A stretch of DNA of 56,654 nt from Deltaproteobacteria bacterium (GTDB taxonomy: Bacteria; Myxococcota_A; UBA9042): assembly GCA_016218865.1 (NCBI GenBank), contig JACRCU010000484.1, positions 1 through 56,654 of the forward strand. The letters are read 5' to 3'. The notes beneath the pieces are model-generated. The model made no database searches. It was not told the DNA's origin and was given only the letters and a program-made list of their open reading frames with translations. Each line of letters opens with the position of its first letter. Within the stretch, counting starts at the first letter, position 1. Shown here piece by piece: positions 1-8,734 of this stretch. Position numbers and translations under genes: made by a program.

Positions 1-1
1 C

Positions 2-2929
2 CACCTGGGCTTTGCGCTGCGCACGGTCGATCCCATGGGCGTGCCGTTGCCGATCGAGACCACCGCGGCCTGTCCGGGCGACGTCGCCGACCCGGCCCAA
101 CCAGCGCCGAGCGCGAACGAAGCGGCGGTATTCGGCCTCACCTGGCGCGCCGACCAACCGATTCCGGCCGACGTGGCCGCGGCGCTGCTGCAGCTCGATT
201 GGCACGGCTGGCCGGTGCCCGAAGCGCTGCACGAGCAACTCTCCAGCATGGCTCCCGACGATCTGCCCAGCAGCACCGCCGTGGCGTTGGCCCACGCCAA
301 CTTGTCTGGGGAGCCGGGCGATCGCGCCGAACTGCTGGACCGCTGGCAGCAATTGCGGCCCGACGACGCGGTGCTCATGGCGGCGCGCGCGGCGGCGCTG
401 GACGAAATTGGCCATGCTGACCAAGGGCATCGGCTGTGGGTGAATTGGTCGCGCGCCCACCAGCGCCAGCCCGAGTATCGCTCCACAGCGGCCTGCCGGC
501 AGCGAGTGGCGCTGTGGCGACGCATCTCGGGGGATGGGGCCGCCAGTCGGCTGCTGGACACGTGTCGGCGACAGTGGCCCGATGTGCCGGCGATGCAAGC
601 GGATTGGGCCAGGCAGCTCGAATCCTGGGACGACATCCGTGCGGCGATCGCCGCCCACAGCGCCCTCGCCGGGCAGTCGCCGCGCGCCGACACTCGGGCG
701 CGGCTCGCCGGGGCCCTGATGCAGGCCGGCAAGCTCGCCGAGGCAGCGGCACTGCTTGACGATTTTCGGGCCAAGTACCCGGGGCATACGCGCCCTCTGG
801 AGCAACTGGCCCGCGCCTGGCTGGACGAAGGGCAGTTGGACCAAGCCGAGGCATGGCTGCAGCGCGTGGCCAGCGCGCAACGCCGCACCCAGTGGCTGGA
901 TTTTGCGGCGCGCCTGGCCCTCCGGCGCGGCCAGAGCGACCTGGCCCAGCGGCACCTGCGCCAAGCTGCGGCCATGGCGCCCCAGCGCGCGGACTTGCGG
1001 GCGCGCCTGCAGCGCTTGAGCAAGGGCGCCGACACGCTGAGTGCCCACCACCGCGATCTGCTGGCGCTGGCGCAAAGTGAGCGCGGCAAGGCGCGGGCGG
1101 TGCCTCTGGAAGTCCGCTTCCGGCAAGTTGTCTTGCAGGCGCTGGGCAACGGGCAGCAGGCGCGGCGCGAGGCCGAACTGACCTACCTGGGGCCCAACTG
1201 CAACGGCACCCACACCGTGGCGGTCGACTATGCGCCCGACCTGTCGCAGGCCGACGTGCTGCAGGCGCTGGTGGTGCGGGCCGATGGCCGCATCGACCGC
1301 AACGTGGCGCAAAGTGTCGACCGGTACACCCAAGACGACTCGGGCATGTACTTTGATCTGGAGCGAATTTCGCTCACTTTCAAGAGCTTGCGCCCCGGCG
1401 ACGCCATCGTGGTCGAGTACGAGGTGCGCGACCTGGGCCCGGCGCCATTTGGCCTGGTTTTTGGCGAGCTTCTGCAACTGGCCGATGCGGCGCCGGTGCG
1501 CCAGACCGAGGTGGCGGTGCAACTGCCGGGCGACATGCCACTGCACTTCGCGCTGTACGATCCCCTGCGCCCCGACGCGACCGCGCCGCCCCCGGAAGTG
1601 AGCCTGGTGGGCCGCGCGGACGAGGGCGGTCCATGGCGGCAATGGCGCTGGCAGATCGCGGCGTTGCCGGCCCTGCCGACCGATGCCGATGCGCCGGGCG
1701 ACACCGAGCTCGGCGTCTACCTGCACCTGTCGTCGATGGCGAACTGGCGCGACGCGGCCCGGTGGTATGGCGACGTGCTGGGACAGGCGCTGCCCAAGCC
1801 CGGCCAAGACGCCGTGATCCGCGATCTGGCGCGCAAGCTGACCGCCGGCAAGGCCGATCGCGCCGGCAAGATCAAGGCGGTGTTCGAGTATGCGCGCAGC
1901 CAAGTGCGCTATGTTGGGCTGGAATTCGGTATCCACAGCCTGAAGCCGCACGCGCCGCGCGAGGTGGTGTTGCGGCAATTCGGCGACTGCAAAGACAAGG
2001 CGGCGCTGATCGTGGCACTGCTGGCCGAGGTCGACATCGCCGCGCAGGTGGCGCTGGTGCGGACCGCCGACGGCGGCAAGCTGGCCGACGGCGTGGCCTC
2101 GCTGGGCGTGTTCAACCACGCGATTGCGTACATCGAAGACGAGGAGCTGTGGCTGGACGCTACGGCCAACCTCAACGACATGGCCGAACTGCCCGGCGGC
2201 GACGCGGGCGGCATGGCCCTGCGCATCGGCGAGGACGCGCCCGGCACCTTGGAAACGCTGCCGGAACTGCGGGTAGAGAGCGAGCACGAGCGGCGCGAGG
2301 TGTCGTGGCAACTCAAAGGCGACGGCGGCGCCGACCTGCAGTGGCGCGCCGAGTTGCGTGGCGCCGTGGCTGCCGAGGTCCGCGCGCGCCTGACCGCCGC
2401 GGCCACTCGCAAAGAGCGCGTGGAGCAAGACTTGGCCGCGCGCTGGCCGGGCTTGGCGGTGGCGAGCCTGCTGGCCCATGGCATCGACCCGATCGAAGCG
2501 AGCGTTCGGCTGGAAGCCAGCGGGCAGGTGCCGAAGCTGGGCCAGCTGCGCGATGGCCGCTGGACCATGGCGCCGCTGCGCCCGGGTCAGAGCTGGTCGG
2601 CGGCGCTGGCCGGCGAACAGGTGCGCAAGGCCGACGTGGTGCTGACGCGGCCAGTCGCCATCTCAGAGATTGTCCGCGTGCGAGCGCCGCCCGGCTGGCG
2701 CCACGAGCCGCGCCTGGCGCTGCAGATGCTGCAAACCAAGGTGGGCAAGCTGCGCTTGCAGTCGCGGGTAGAGGGCGATCAACTGGTGTTGGAGGTCGAT
2801 CTGAGTGTGGCGCCGCGGCGGATTGCGGCGGCGGACTACCCGGCGCTGCGCAAGTTCGTGGCGCAGGTCGACGACGCGCTGGGACAGGAGTTTGCACTGG
2901 TGCGCGCCACCGGCGGGGGTGCGCCATGA
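2..2929 (+). CDS. TPR + DUF3857 + transglutaminase-like domain protein (5' end outside window)
   Basis: Frame is open from base 2. TPR-like helices, then a DUF3857-like segment (LRPGDAIVVEYEV), then transglutaminase motifs VRYVGLEFG, FGDCKDKA, FNHAIAY and LWLDAT (Cys-His-Asp triad intact). Confidence 0.8.
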   Translation, partial: HLGFALRTVDPMGVPLPIETTAACPGDVADPAQPAPSANEAAVFGLTWRADQPIPADVAAALLQLDWHGWPVPEALHEQLSSMAPDDLPSSTAVALAHANLSGEPGDRAELLDRWQQLRPDDAVLMAARAAALDEIGHADQGHRLWVNWSRAHQRQPEYRSTAACRQRVALWRRISGDGAASRLLDTCRRQWPDVPAMQADWARQLESWDDIRAAIAAHSALAGQSPRADTRARLAGALMQAGKLAEAAALLDDFRAKYPGHTRPLEQLARAWLDEGQLDQAEAWLQRVASAQRRTQWLDFAARLALRRGQSDLAQRHLRQAAAMAPQRADLRARLQRLSKGADTLSAHHRDLLALAQSERGKARAVPLEVRFRQVVLQALGNGQQARREAELTYLGPNCNGTHTVAVDYAPDLSQADVLQALVVRADGRIDRNVAQSVDRYTQDDSGMYFDLERISLTFKSLRPGDAIVVEYEVRDLGPAPFGLVFGELLQLADAAPVRQTEVAVQLPGDMPLHFALYDPLRPDATAPPPEVSLVGRADEGGPWRQWRWQIAALPALPTDADAPGDTELGVYLHLSSMANWRDAARWYGDVLGQALPKPGQDAVIRDLARKLTAGKADRAGKIKAVFEYARSQVRYVGLEFGIHSLKPHAPREVVLRQFGDCKDKAALIVALLAEVDIAAQVALVRTADGGKLADGVASLGVFNHAIAYIEDEELWLDATANLNDMAELPGGDAGGMALRIGEDAPGTLETLPELRVESEHERREVSWQLKGDGGADLQWRAELRGAVAAEVRARLTAAATRKERVEQDLAARWPGLAVASLLAHGIDPIEASVRLEASGQVPKLGQLRDGRWTMAPLRPGQSWSAALAGEQVRKADVVLTRPVAISEIVRVRAPPGWRHEPRLALQMLQTKVGKLRLQSRVEGDQLVLEVDLSVAPRRIAAADYPALRKFVAQVDDALGQEFALVRATGGGAP

Positions 2930-5900
2930 CCAAGCTATTCGGCAAGGCTGGGTTGGCGCTTATGATGCTCGCGGCCTTGGCGGCGTGCAGCGCCCCGCAA
3001 CAGGCGTGGGAGGTCGACGCCGATCTGGACGAGGTAGAGGCCCGGGCCCGCGCGGACTTGCGCGAGGAGGCCGCTGCTCCGGGCGGGCGCGCGCAAATGG
3101 CGTGGCTGTGCTTGCTGCACGGCCGTGCCTGTTCGGCGGTGGCCGCTCCACCGCTCGACGGCGCCCCAACGCTGGAGCGAACGGTGCGGGTCGCGCTGCT
3201 GACCGATGGCCTGGCCGCGACCGATCGAGCCGTGGCGGCGTGGTGCGACGTGGCCCAGGCCGCACTGGACAGCCCGCAACCCGAGGCCGAGGCCGTGGCG
3301 ACTGCGGCGGCCCGGCGCATCGGCAAGCTGGGACGTGCCGACCCCTGGGCGACCAAGGCGGTGCTGGCCAAGCGCGGCGAGGTCGTGGTGGCGCTGTTGC
3401 AGCAGGGCCCGGTGCGCGAGCGCTTGCGGCGAGCGCGGGAATTGGCGGAGTTGTTGCCCGCGGGAGCGCCGACCTGGGTGCGACCGGCGCTGCAGCAAGC
3501 GACTGCGCCGTGGAGCCGTCGCCTGCTGACTGGCATGTCCGGCGACGTCGAACTGCCGCTCTGGACAACGGCGACGAGCGCCAACTTGCCCGCCCACTTC
3601 GTCGGTTCGAGCGGCGTCGCGTCGCTGGGACTGGCCGCCGAGCCGCCGGGCATCTACCACGTCCGCGCCACCTGGCGGAGTCGCCAAGACGATCCGCAAC
3701 TGCAGCTGGCGGTCGACAGCGCCCGGCCGCTGCGCGCGTGGCTGGACGGCCAACCGCTGCAGGCCTTGGCGAACGGCGCCGACATTACCCCCAAAGCCGG
3801 CTTGCGCACTCTGGATTTGCTGGTTCCGGCCAGTGCCGACGGCGAGACGGTGTGGCTGGGCTGGTTTGCCCGAGAGGGGGTGGGCCCAGATCGCGTGGCC
3901 ACGCGCCAGCCGTTGCCGCCGGGTTTGGCCAAAGCCTTGGCGGTATTGGGCGATCCGCGCGGGTCGGCCCGCCGCGAGCTGCAGCAGTGGTTCCCCAAGG
4001 CCCTGATCGCCGAGCTGGGCGAGGTCCTGCTGGGTGGTGCGGCAGCCGAAGCGGCCGACCTTCTGCTGGGCGTGTGGCCTCGGCACGCCGATGCCGTAGT
4101 GAGCGACGCGGCCCGCCATGTCGACGATGGCAACGCCCAGCTCGCGCTGCGCAGCCTGGCCACGCTGGAGCCATCGGGCGAGGGCCAGCGCGTCACCACC
4201 GAGGGCCGCACCGACGTGGCGCTGCTGCAGGGGCGAGCCTATGCGGCCATCGGACTGGACGATCTGGCCGCGGCTGCCGCCGAACAAGCGGCCCGCCGCG
4301 CCGATGGGCACTGCGGAGTTTGGCTGCAAGCGCTTGAATTGGCTACCGATATTGGCAACAAGCCCGCGCTGCGCCACATCCTGGCCGGAGCGCAACCCTG
4401 CGACGCCTCCGACCGCAGCCTGGTGCAAGCCGCGGCGTGGCGCGCCATCGGCCGACCGGACAAGGCCACCGAGCTGACGGTAGCGGCGCTCGCGGTACCC
4501 GCCCAGGCGCGCGAAGCCCGCCGCCGTCTGGAGGCGACCCAAGGCGAACCGGTAACGGCGGAGCTGCCGGGGTGGCTGCGCGACCGCGGCACCGAGCAGT
4601 GGTTGGCCTACCAGGCGTTGGCGTTGGGTCGGCCGGATGCACCCGCCGCGCGCCGGGAGGCCGAGTGGCTGCAGGCGCAGGACCAGCTCGACGCCATCCT
4701 GGTCGGCGCAGAGGCCAGTTCGACGATCCGCCAGCGCGCCTTGCAGGCGGGAGCGCGGGCGCCATGGCACAGCTTCTTGCGCGACGGCAAGGCCTTGGCG
4801 CAGGCAGCCGACGACCCCAGCTGGGCGAGCTCGGCCAGCACCGCTTACCTGCTGGACCAGGAAATCGTGGTGTTGCTGCCGCGGGGTGGGGCGCTGCGCC
4901 GCGTGCACCAGGTCCTGCGGGTGCTGACCGACGACGCCGCCGACCAGGTAGGCGAAGTGCGCGTGGCCCAGGGCGCAGACCTGGAGTTTGCCCGCACCCT
5001 GCTGGCCGATGGCACCGTGGTCGCGGCAGCGGCCACCGCAGACAAAGAGACCATTTCGCTGCGCGCGGTCGCCAGCGGCGCCGCGGTGGAATACGCGCAG
5101 GTCGTGCTGGTCGAACCCGAGGACCCGACCACGGGTGCTACCCGCTTGGACCCCTTCTTGCTGCAGTCTGGCGATGGACCGACGCGCCTGTCGGAGTACG
5201 TCGTCTTGGTTCCCACCGGTCTTGCCGTCGATCTGCGCCCTTCGCTGCGGGCACCGCCGCCCGAGCAGCGCCTCCTGCCCGGGTGGACCGCCTACATCTT
5301 CCGCAGCGCCAACGTGCCGCGCGCCCGCATCGAGCCGCGCGCCGTGCGCCCCGATCTGGCCCTTCCGAGTGTGCAAGTCGCCAGCCGCAATAGCCTGGCG
5401 GCGCTGATCGAGCCCTGGGATGAACGCCTGGAGGCCGCAGCCCAGGCCACCAGCCCAGAAATCGACAAGTGGCAGGCCTTGCTGCTGGCCCAACCCGAGG
5501 GCCTGCCGCGCTGGCGCTACCTGGCACAGCGGCTGGCGCGCGGCGTGCAGCACAGCCACGACGGCGGCGCCCCAGGGTCCCCGTCGGCGGCCCTGCAGCA
5601 GCAACGCGGCGACCGCGCAGCGGTTTTCTACAGCATGCTGCGGCAGCAGGGCTTGGCGGCGTGCATGGTGCGGGTCCACAGCCTGGCCCGCCAGGCGCCG
5701 CGCGCCGGTGCACAATCGCTCGATCCACTGGACTTCCCGATGGAACTGGTGCGGTTCGAACTGGCCGACGGCCCCCACTGGTACGACCCGGGCCTGGAGG
5801 GCGGCCTGCTCGATCACCTCCGCTCGGGCCTGCGCGGCCGGCCGGCGCTGGCGGTGGGCTGCAAGACCAGCGACCGGCGCATCACAACGCCACAATTGGG

Positions 5901-6519
5901 CCAAGACCGCGACGCTCGCGAGGTGACGGCCGAGTTGGACTGGCGCGACGACGGCAGCGTCGAGGCCAGCTTCCGCGAGCACCTGACCGGGGCGGTCGCC
6001 GCCTTCGTGCGGCAATTCTTGACCACGGCCACCGCCGACGAGCGCAGCGCGCTGTTCGTGGAGCTGGCCAAGGGCGTGCTGCCTGGAGCGCAGGTCGAAG
6101 GCGCCGACATCCAAGGCCTGGCCGACCCGGATGGGCCGCTGGATCTGCGCTGGACCCTGCGCAGCGAAGCCAGCGAGAGCCGCCGCCAGACGCTGGCGCT
6201 GGGGCTGTTGCCGTCGGAGTTGGGCAAGGATTTCGCGGCCCTGCCCGCCCGGACCATGCCGCTGGTGTTCGGCCACGGCCAACGCCAACAACTGCGGCTG
6301 CTGGTGCGGTCTTCGGCGCCGCTGCAACCGCTTCCGGATCAGACCGGCCGCACGCCCCACGTCGCCTGGCAACGGCGCTGGCAGCCACAGCCGGGCGGCG
6401 CCGTGCTCGAATGGCAGGTGGCAACTACGCCGGGCGTGGTGGAGGTCGAGGCCTACCGGGAGTTTGCCGCCGCTGCCCAGGGCGCCGATGCCGCCGAGCA
6501 CGTCCGCCTGCGGCGCTGA
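2926..6519 (+). CDS. Large lipoprotein, DUF3857/transglutaminase-like paralog with degenerate catalytic site
   Basis: ATG at 2926 overlaps the upstream stop (ATGA). Lipobox LAAC. C-terminal half parallels the upstream gene (AVEYAQ, RGDRAAVF, HWYDPG), but the catalytic Cys and His are not evident. Confidence 0.7.
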   Translation: MTKLFGKAGLALMMLAALAACSAPQQAWEVDADLDEVEARARADLREEAAAPGGRAQMAWLCLLHGRACSAVAAPPLDGAPTLERTVRVALLTDGLAATDRAVAAWCDVAQAALDSPQPEAEAVATAAARRIGKLGRADPWATKAVLAKRGEVVVALLQQGPVRERLRRARELAELLPAGAPTWVRPALQQATAPWSRRLLTGMSGDVELPLWTTATSANLPAHFVGSSGVASLGLAAEPPGIYHVRATWRSRQDDPQLQLAVDSARPLRAWLDGQPLQALANGADITPKAGLRTLDLLVPASADGETVWLGWFAREGVGPDRVATRQPLPPGLAKALAVLGDPRGSARRELQQWFPKALIAELGEVLLGGAAAEAADLLLGVWPRHADAVVSDAARHVDDGNAQLALRSLATLEPSGEGQRVTTEGRTDVALLQGRAYAAIGLDDLAAAAAEQAARRADGHCGVWLQALELATDIGNKPALRHILAGAQPCDASDRSLVQAAAWRAIGRPDKATELTVAALAVPAQAREARRRLEATQGEPVTAELPGWLRDRGTEQWLAYQALALGRPDAPAARREAEWLQAQDQLDAILVGAEASSTIRQRALQAGARAPWHSFLRDGKALAQAADDPSWASSASTAYLLDQEIVVLLPRGGALRRVHQVLRVLTDDAADQVGEVRVAQGADLEFARTLLADGTVVAAAATADKETISLRAVASGAAVEYAQVVLVEPEDPTTGATRLDPFLLQSGDGPTRLSEYVVLVPTGLAVDLRPSLRAPPPEQRLLPGWTAYIFRSANVPRARIEPRAVRPDLALPSVQVASRNSLAALIEPWDERLEAAAQATSPEIDKWQALLLAQPEGLPRWRYLAQRLARGVQHSHDGGAPGSPSAALQQQRGDRAAVFYSMLRQQGLAACMVRVHSLARQAPRAGAQSLDPLDFPMELVRFELADGPHWYDPGLEGGLLDHLRSGLRGRPALAVGCKTSDRRITTPQLGQDRDAREVTAELDWRDDGSVEASFREHLTGAVAAFVRQFLTTATADERSALFVELAKGVLPGAQVEGADIQGLADPDGPLDLRWTLRSEASESRRQTLALGLLPSELGKDFAALPARTMPLVFGHGQRQQLRLLVRSSAPLQPLPDQTGRTPHVAWQRRWQPQPGGAVLEWQVATTPGVVEVEAYREFAAAAQGADAAEHVRLRR

Positions 6520-6541
6520 GCGCGGCGGACCCGGGCGGAGT

Positions 6542-6656
6542 TCCGTTCAATCCGACTGAAAGGACTGGGCGAGTCTCAGCGCCCGAACGGGACATCACGC
6601 CCAATTCTCGCCAGTGGCCAATCCGGCCCAAGGGGCCCTTTCGGCGAAAATCCGGT
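6542..6656. repeat. Diverged intergenic direct repeat, copy A
   Basis: Hand ungapped alignment to 8589-8703 gives 53/77 identities over the first 77 nt, with exact blocks TCCGTTCAAT, GCCCGA and ATTCTCGCCA. Confidence 0.65.
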
Positions 6657-6666
6657 GCAGTGCCTG

Positions 6667-7788
6667 TCAGTAGGAAGTCTTCTCGCTGGCCGGCGCCGCG
6701 GACTTGGCGGGCGCCGCCTTGGCCTTGTTCGGCACGCCGCCGGGCGAGGACTCGTTGGCGTTGCTCGCCGCCAGAGCCTGATCAGCCCACTGCGCCGTCT
6801 TGCCGTCGCCCGCCTGCAGCGCCACCGCCCGCAGCTTGACCAGGAGTGCCTTGCGCTTGGCCGGATCGGTCGTTTTGTCGACCGCGGCCTTGAGTTGCTG
6901 CACGTCGGACTTGGCCACCTCGGCGCTGTCCTTGGCGACGTCCTGAGTCTTCTTGTCCTGCGCGACCGCCATCGGCTCGGCTTCGGCCTTGGCTTCGGCC
7001 CGCGGCGCTTGCGCAAACTGGTTGGCCTTGTTCATGGCCTCCAAGTTCTGGCCCCGGTTCTCCGCAGCGCGCGCCATGCCCATCACCGGGGCGGGCGGCA
7101 GCTTGCGCTGGTCGTCGGCGATGCCCTCGGCCAGGGCGGCCTGCTGCGGCGCCTGCCGCTCCGGTTCGGTATTGGCAGCCATGTCGGGAGCGATCGACGC
7201 CGGTTGCGCGGCAATGGTCCGGGTTGGCCGCGCGGCTTCGGCCTTGGCGACGGCGGGCGGCGGCTCGGCGACTGCAGGCGGCGGGGCAGCGGCCGGCGGG
7301 CTCGGCGGCTTGTCTCCCTCTTTGGCAATACCTTGGGCCACTTGCGCCTCCGCCGGCGGGTTCGGCGCTGGGGCCGGCGCGGCCTGCGCCACTTCCGGCG
7401 GAGCCAAGGGCTCGCTGACCGCAACCGCACCGGCATCAACCGCCGGCTTGCTCTCGCGCTGACCGACCGCGACCAGCAATGCCAGCGCGGCGGCCGTGGC
7501 GAGGATCGGGCCAGGGCGCATCAGAAATTCCGCGATCTTGGACCACAGCGACTGCGGTCGCTCGGACGCCGCTTGCGCCGCAGCAGTCAGAACCGCCGAT
7601 CGCACCGCTGGCGACACGTCCGGCAGGGGCAAGGCCGCCAACCGCTCGTGGATCACCACCATCTGCTCAATTTCTTCGCGCCACGCCGCCGGCACGTCTT
7701 CCGGCCGACCGCCCGCCAGCCGCCGCTCGTAGGCGTCGACGAAGGCTGCGTCGTCGTGTTCGCGCTTGTCGTGGGTCATCTCGACCAT
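6667..7788 (-). CDS. Putative anti-sigma factor (N-terminal helical domain, one TM segment, Pro/Ala-rich periplasmic region)
   Basis: Directly downstream of the ECF sigma, with a GGAGGAG RBS. TM segment ILATAAALALLVAVG after a typical PxVRSAVL helix. Confidence 0.65.
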   Translation of the reverse strand: MVEMTHDKREHDDAAFVDAYERRLAGGRPEDVPAAWREEIEQMVVIHERLAALPLPDVSPAVRSAVLTAAAQAASERPQSLWSKIAEFLMRPGPILATAAALALLVAVGQRESKPAVDAGAVAVSEPLAPPEVAQAAPAPAPNPPAEAQVAQGIAKEGDKPPSPPAAAPPPAVAEPPPAVAKAEAARPTRTIAAQPASIAPDMAANTEPERQAPQQAALAEGIADDQRKLPPAPVMGMARAAENRGQNLEAMNKANQFAQAPRAEAKAEAEPMAVAQDKKTQDVAKDSAEVAKSDVQQLKAAVDKTTDPAKRKALLVKLRAVALQAGDGKTAQWADQALAASNANESSPGGVPNKAKAAPAKSAAPASEKTSY

Positions 7789-7848
7789 GGTCTCCTCCCG
7801 GTGGGTCCCTGCCTGCGGCCGTTGGGCGCACAGGCTCCCACGGGTCGC

Positions 7849-8466
7849 TTAGGCAAAGTCTGCCAATGCCTCGCGCAAGGCCTTGAGTGCGTACCGCATT
7901 CGGCTCTTGACGGTGTTCTCGTTGGTGGCCGTCGCTTCGGCGATCTCGGCGAAGCTCAAGCCACTGATTTCGCGCAAGGTAAACACCTCACGTTGTTCGT
8001 CCGGCAGCGTCTGCATGGCCGCCTCGTAGGCCTGGCGGAACTGCTTGTCCGCGGTGTTGCGCGAGGCGTCCAGGCCCGGCGCGTCCGAGGCGATGCGCTC
8101 GCCCAGGGTCAGTCCGTCGTCGTCGCCCATCGGCGCGTCGAGCGAGGGGCCCGAGCGGAACTTGTCGCGCCGCGACGCGTCCACGCACAGATTGCGGGCA
8201 ATGGTGTAAAGCCAAGTCTTGAACTTGCTTTGCCCTTTGAACCCTTGTGCATTGCGCACCACCCGTACAAAGGCGTCTTGCACTACGTCGTCGGGACGGG
8301 CTGCCCCCTGCTGAATTGCAAAGGCTTTCAAGGCCCTGCAATGCCGGTCGTACAGCACCCCTAGCGCTCGGCTATCTCCGCCGACGAACCGCTCGTACAG
8401 CGCCTCGTCACTTGCATTCTCTGTGGCCGCAAGAGCCACAAGTGCCGCCATCATCAGGAGCCACAT
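7849..8466 (-). CDS. ECF (sigma-70 group 4) RNA polymerase sigma factor
   Basis: Region 2 DDVVQDAFVRV..FKTWLYTIARNLCVD and region 4 LPDEQREVFTLRE..SFAEIA..TVKSRMRYA. Start placed at ATG 8466 after an AAGGAAGG RBS. Confidence 0.92.
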   Translation of the reverse strand: MWLLMMAALVALAATENASDEALYERFVGGDSRALGVLYDRHCRALKAFAIQQGAARPDDVVQDAFVRVVRNAQGFKGQSKFKTWLYTIARNLCVDASRRDKFRSGPSLDAPMGDDDGLTLGERIASDAPGLDASRNTADKQFRQAYEAAMQTLPDEQREVFTLREISGLSFAEIAEATATNENTVKSRMRYALKALREALADFA

Positions 8467-8574
8467 CGGCGCCCTTCCTTTCCGACGCGCCACGCGCGAG
8501 TTCGATCTACCTTGCCGCCAACGGCCTGTCCGCGGCGCCCAGGACCTGAGCCCGGCCTGCCGAATGCGCAGCAG

Positions 8575-8592
8575 CGGATTGTAGCAAATCCG
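8575..8592 (-). promoter_or_regulatory. Candidate extended -10 (TGCTACAAT, minus strand) inside inverted repeat CGGATT-N6-AATCCG
   Basis: Sequence cggattgtagcaaatccg lies about 110 nt upstream of the sigma factor start. Confidence 0.4.
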
Positions 8593-8703
8593 TTCAATTC
8601 GGCTCGAAAACCCAGGCAATTCTCCGGGCCCGAGCCGGGGTCCCCGCCTGATTCTCGCCAATTGCGTGGCGGGCCCGGGCAGACTTCCACGCGTGAATCA
8701 GGT
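8589..8703. repeat. Diverged intergenic direct repeat, copy B
   Basis: Aligns without gaps to 6542-6656 (see copy A). Confidence 0.65.
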
Positions 8704-8734
8704 TGGGGTGCATATTAGCAGGCCGATCGGGCAG

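Noticed and set aside
1633-2925. N-terminal 431 aa of the 1628-aa ORF
   Set aside because: Arg-rich off-frame shadow of the first gene. The real start is ATG 2926, which has a lipoprotein signal.
2935-6501. Long antisense ORFs (also 24193-26895, 15498-17177, 40187-41791, 42683-45046 and others)
   Set aside because: Expected mirror frames in high-GC coding DNA; the opposite strand carries the recognisable motifs.
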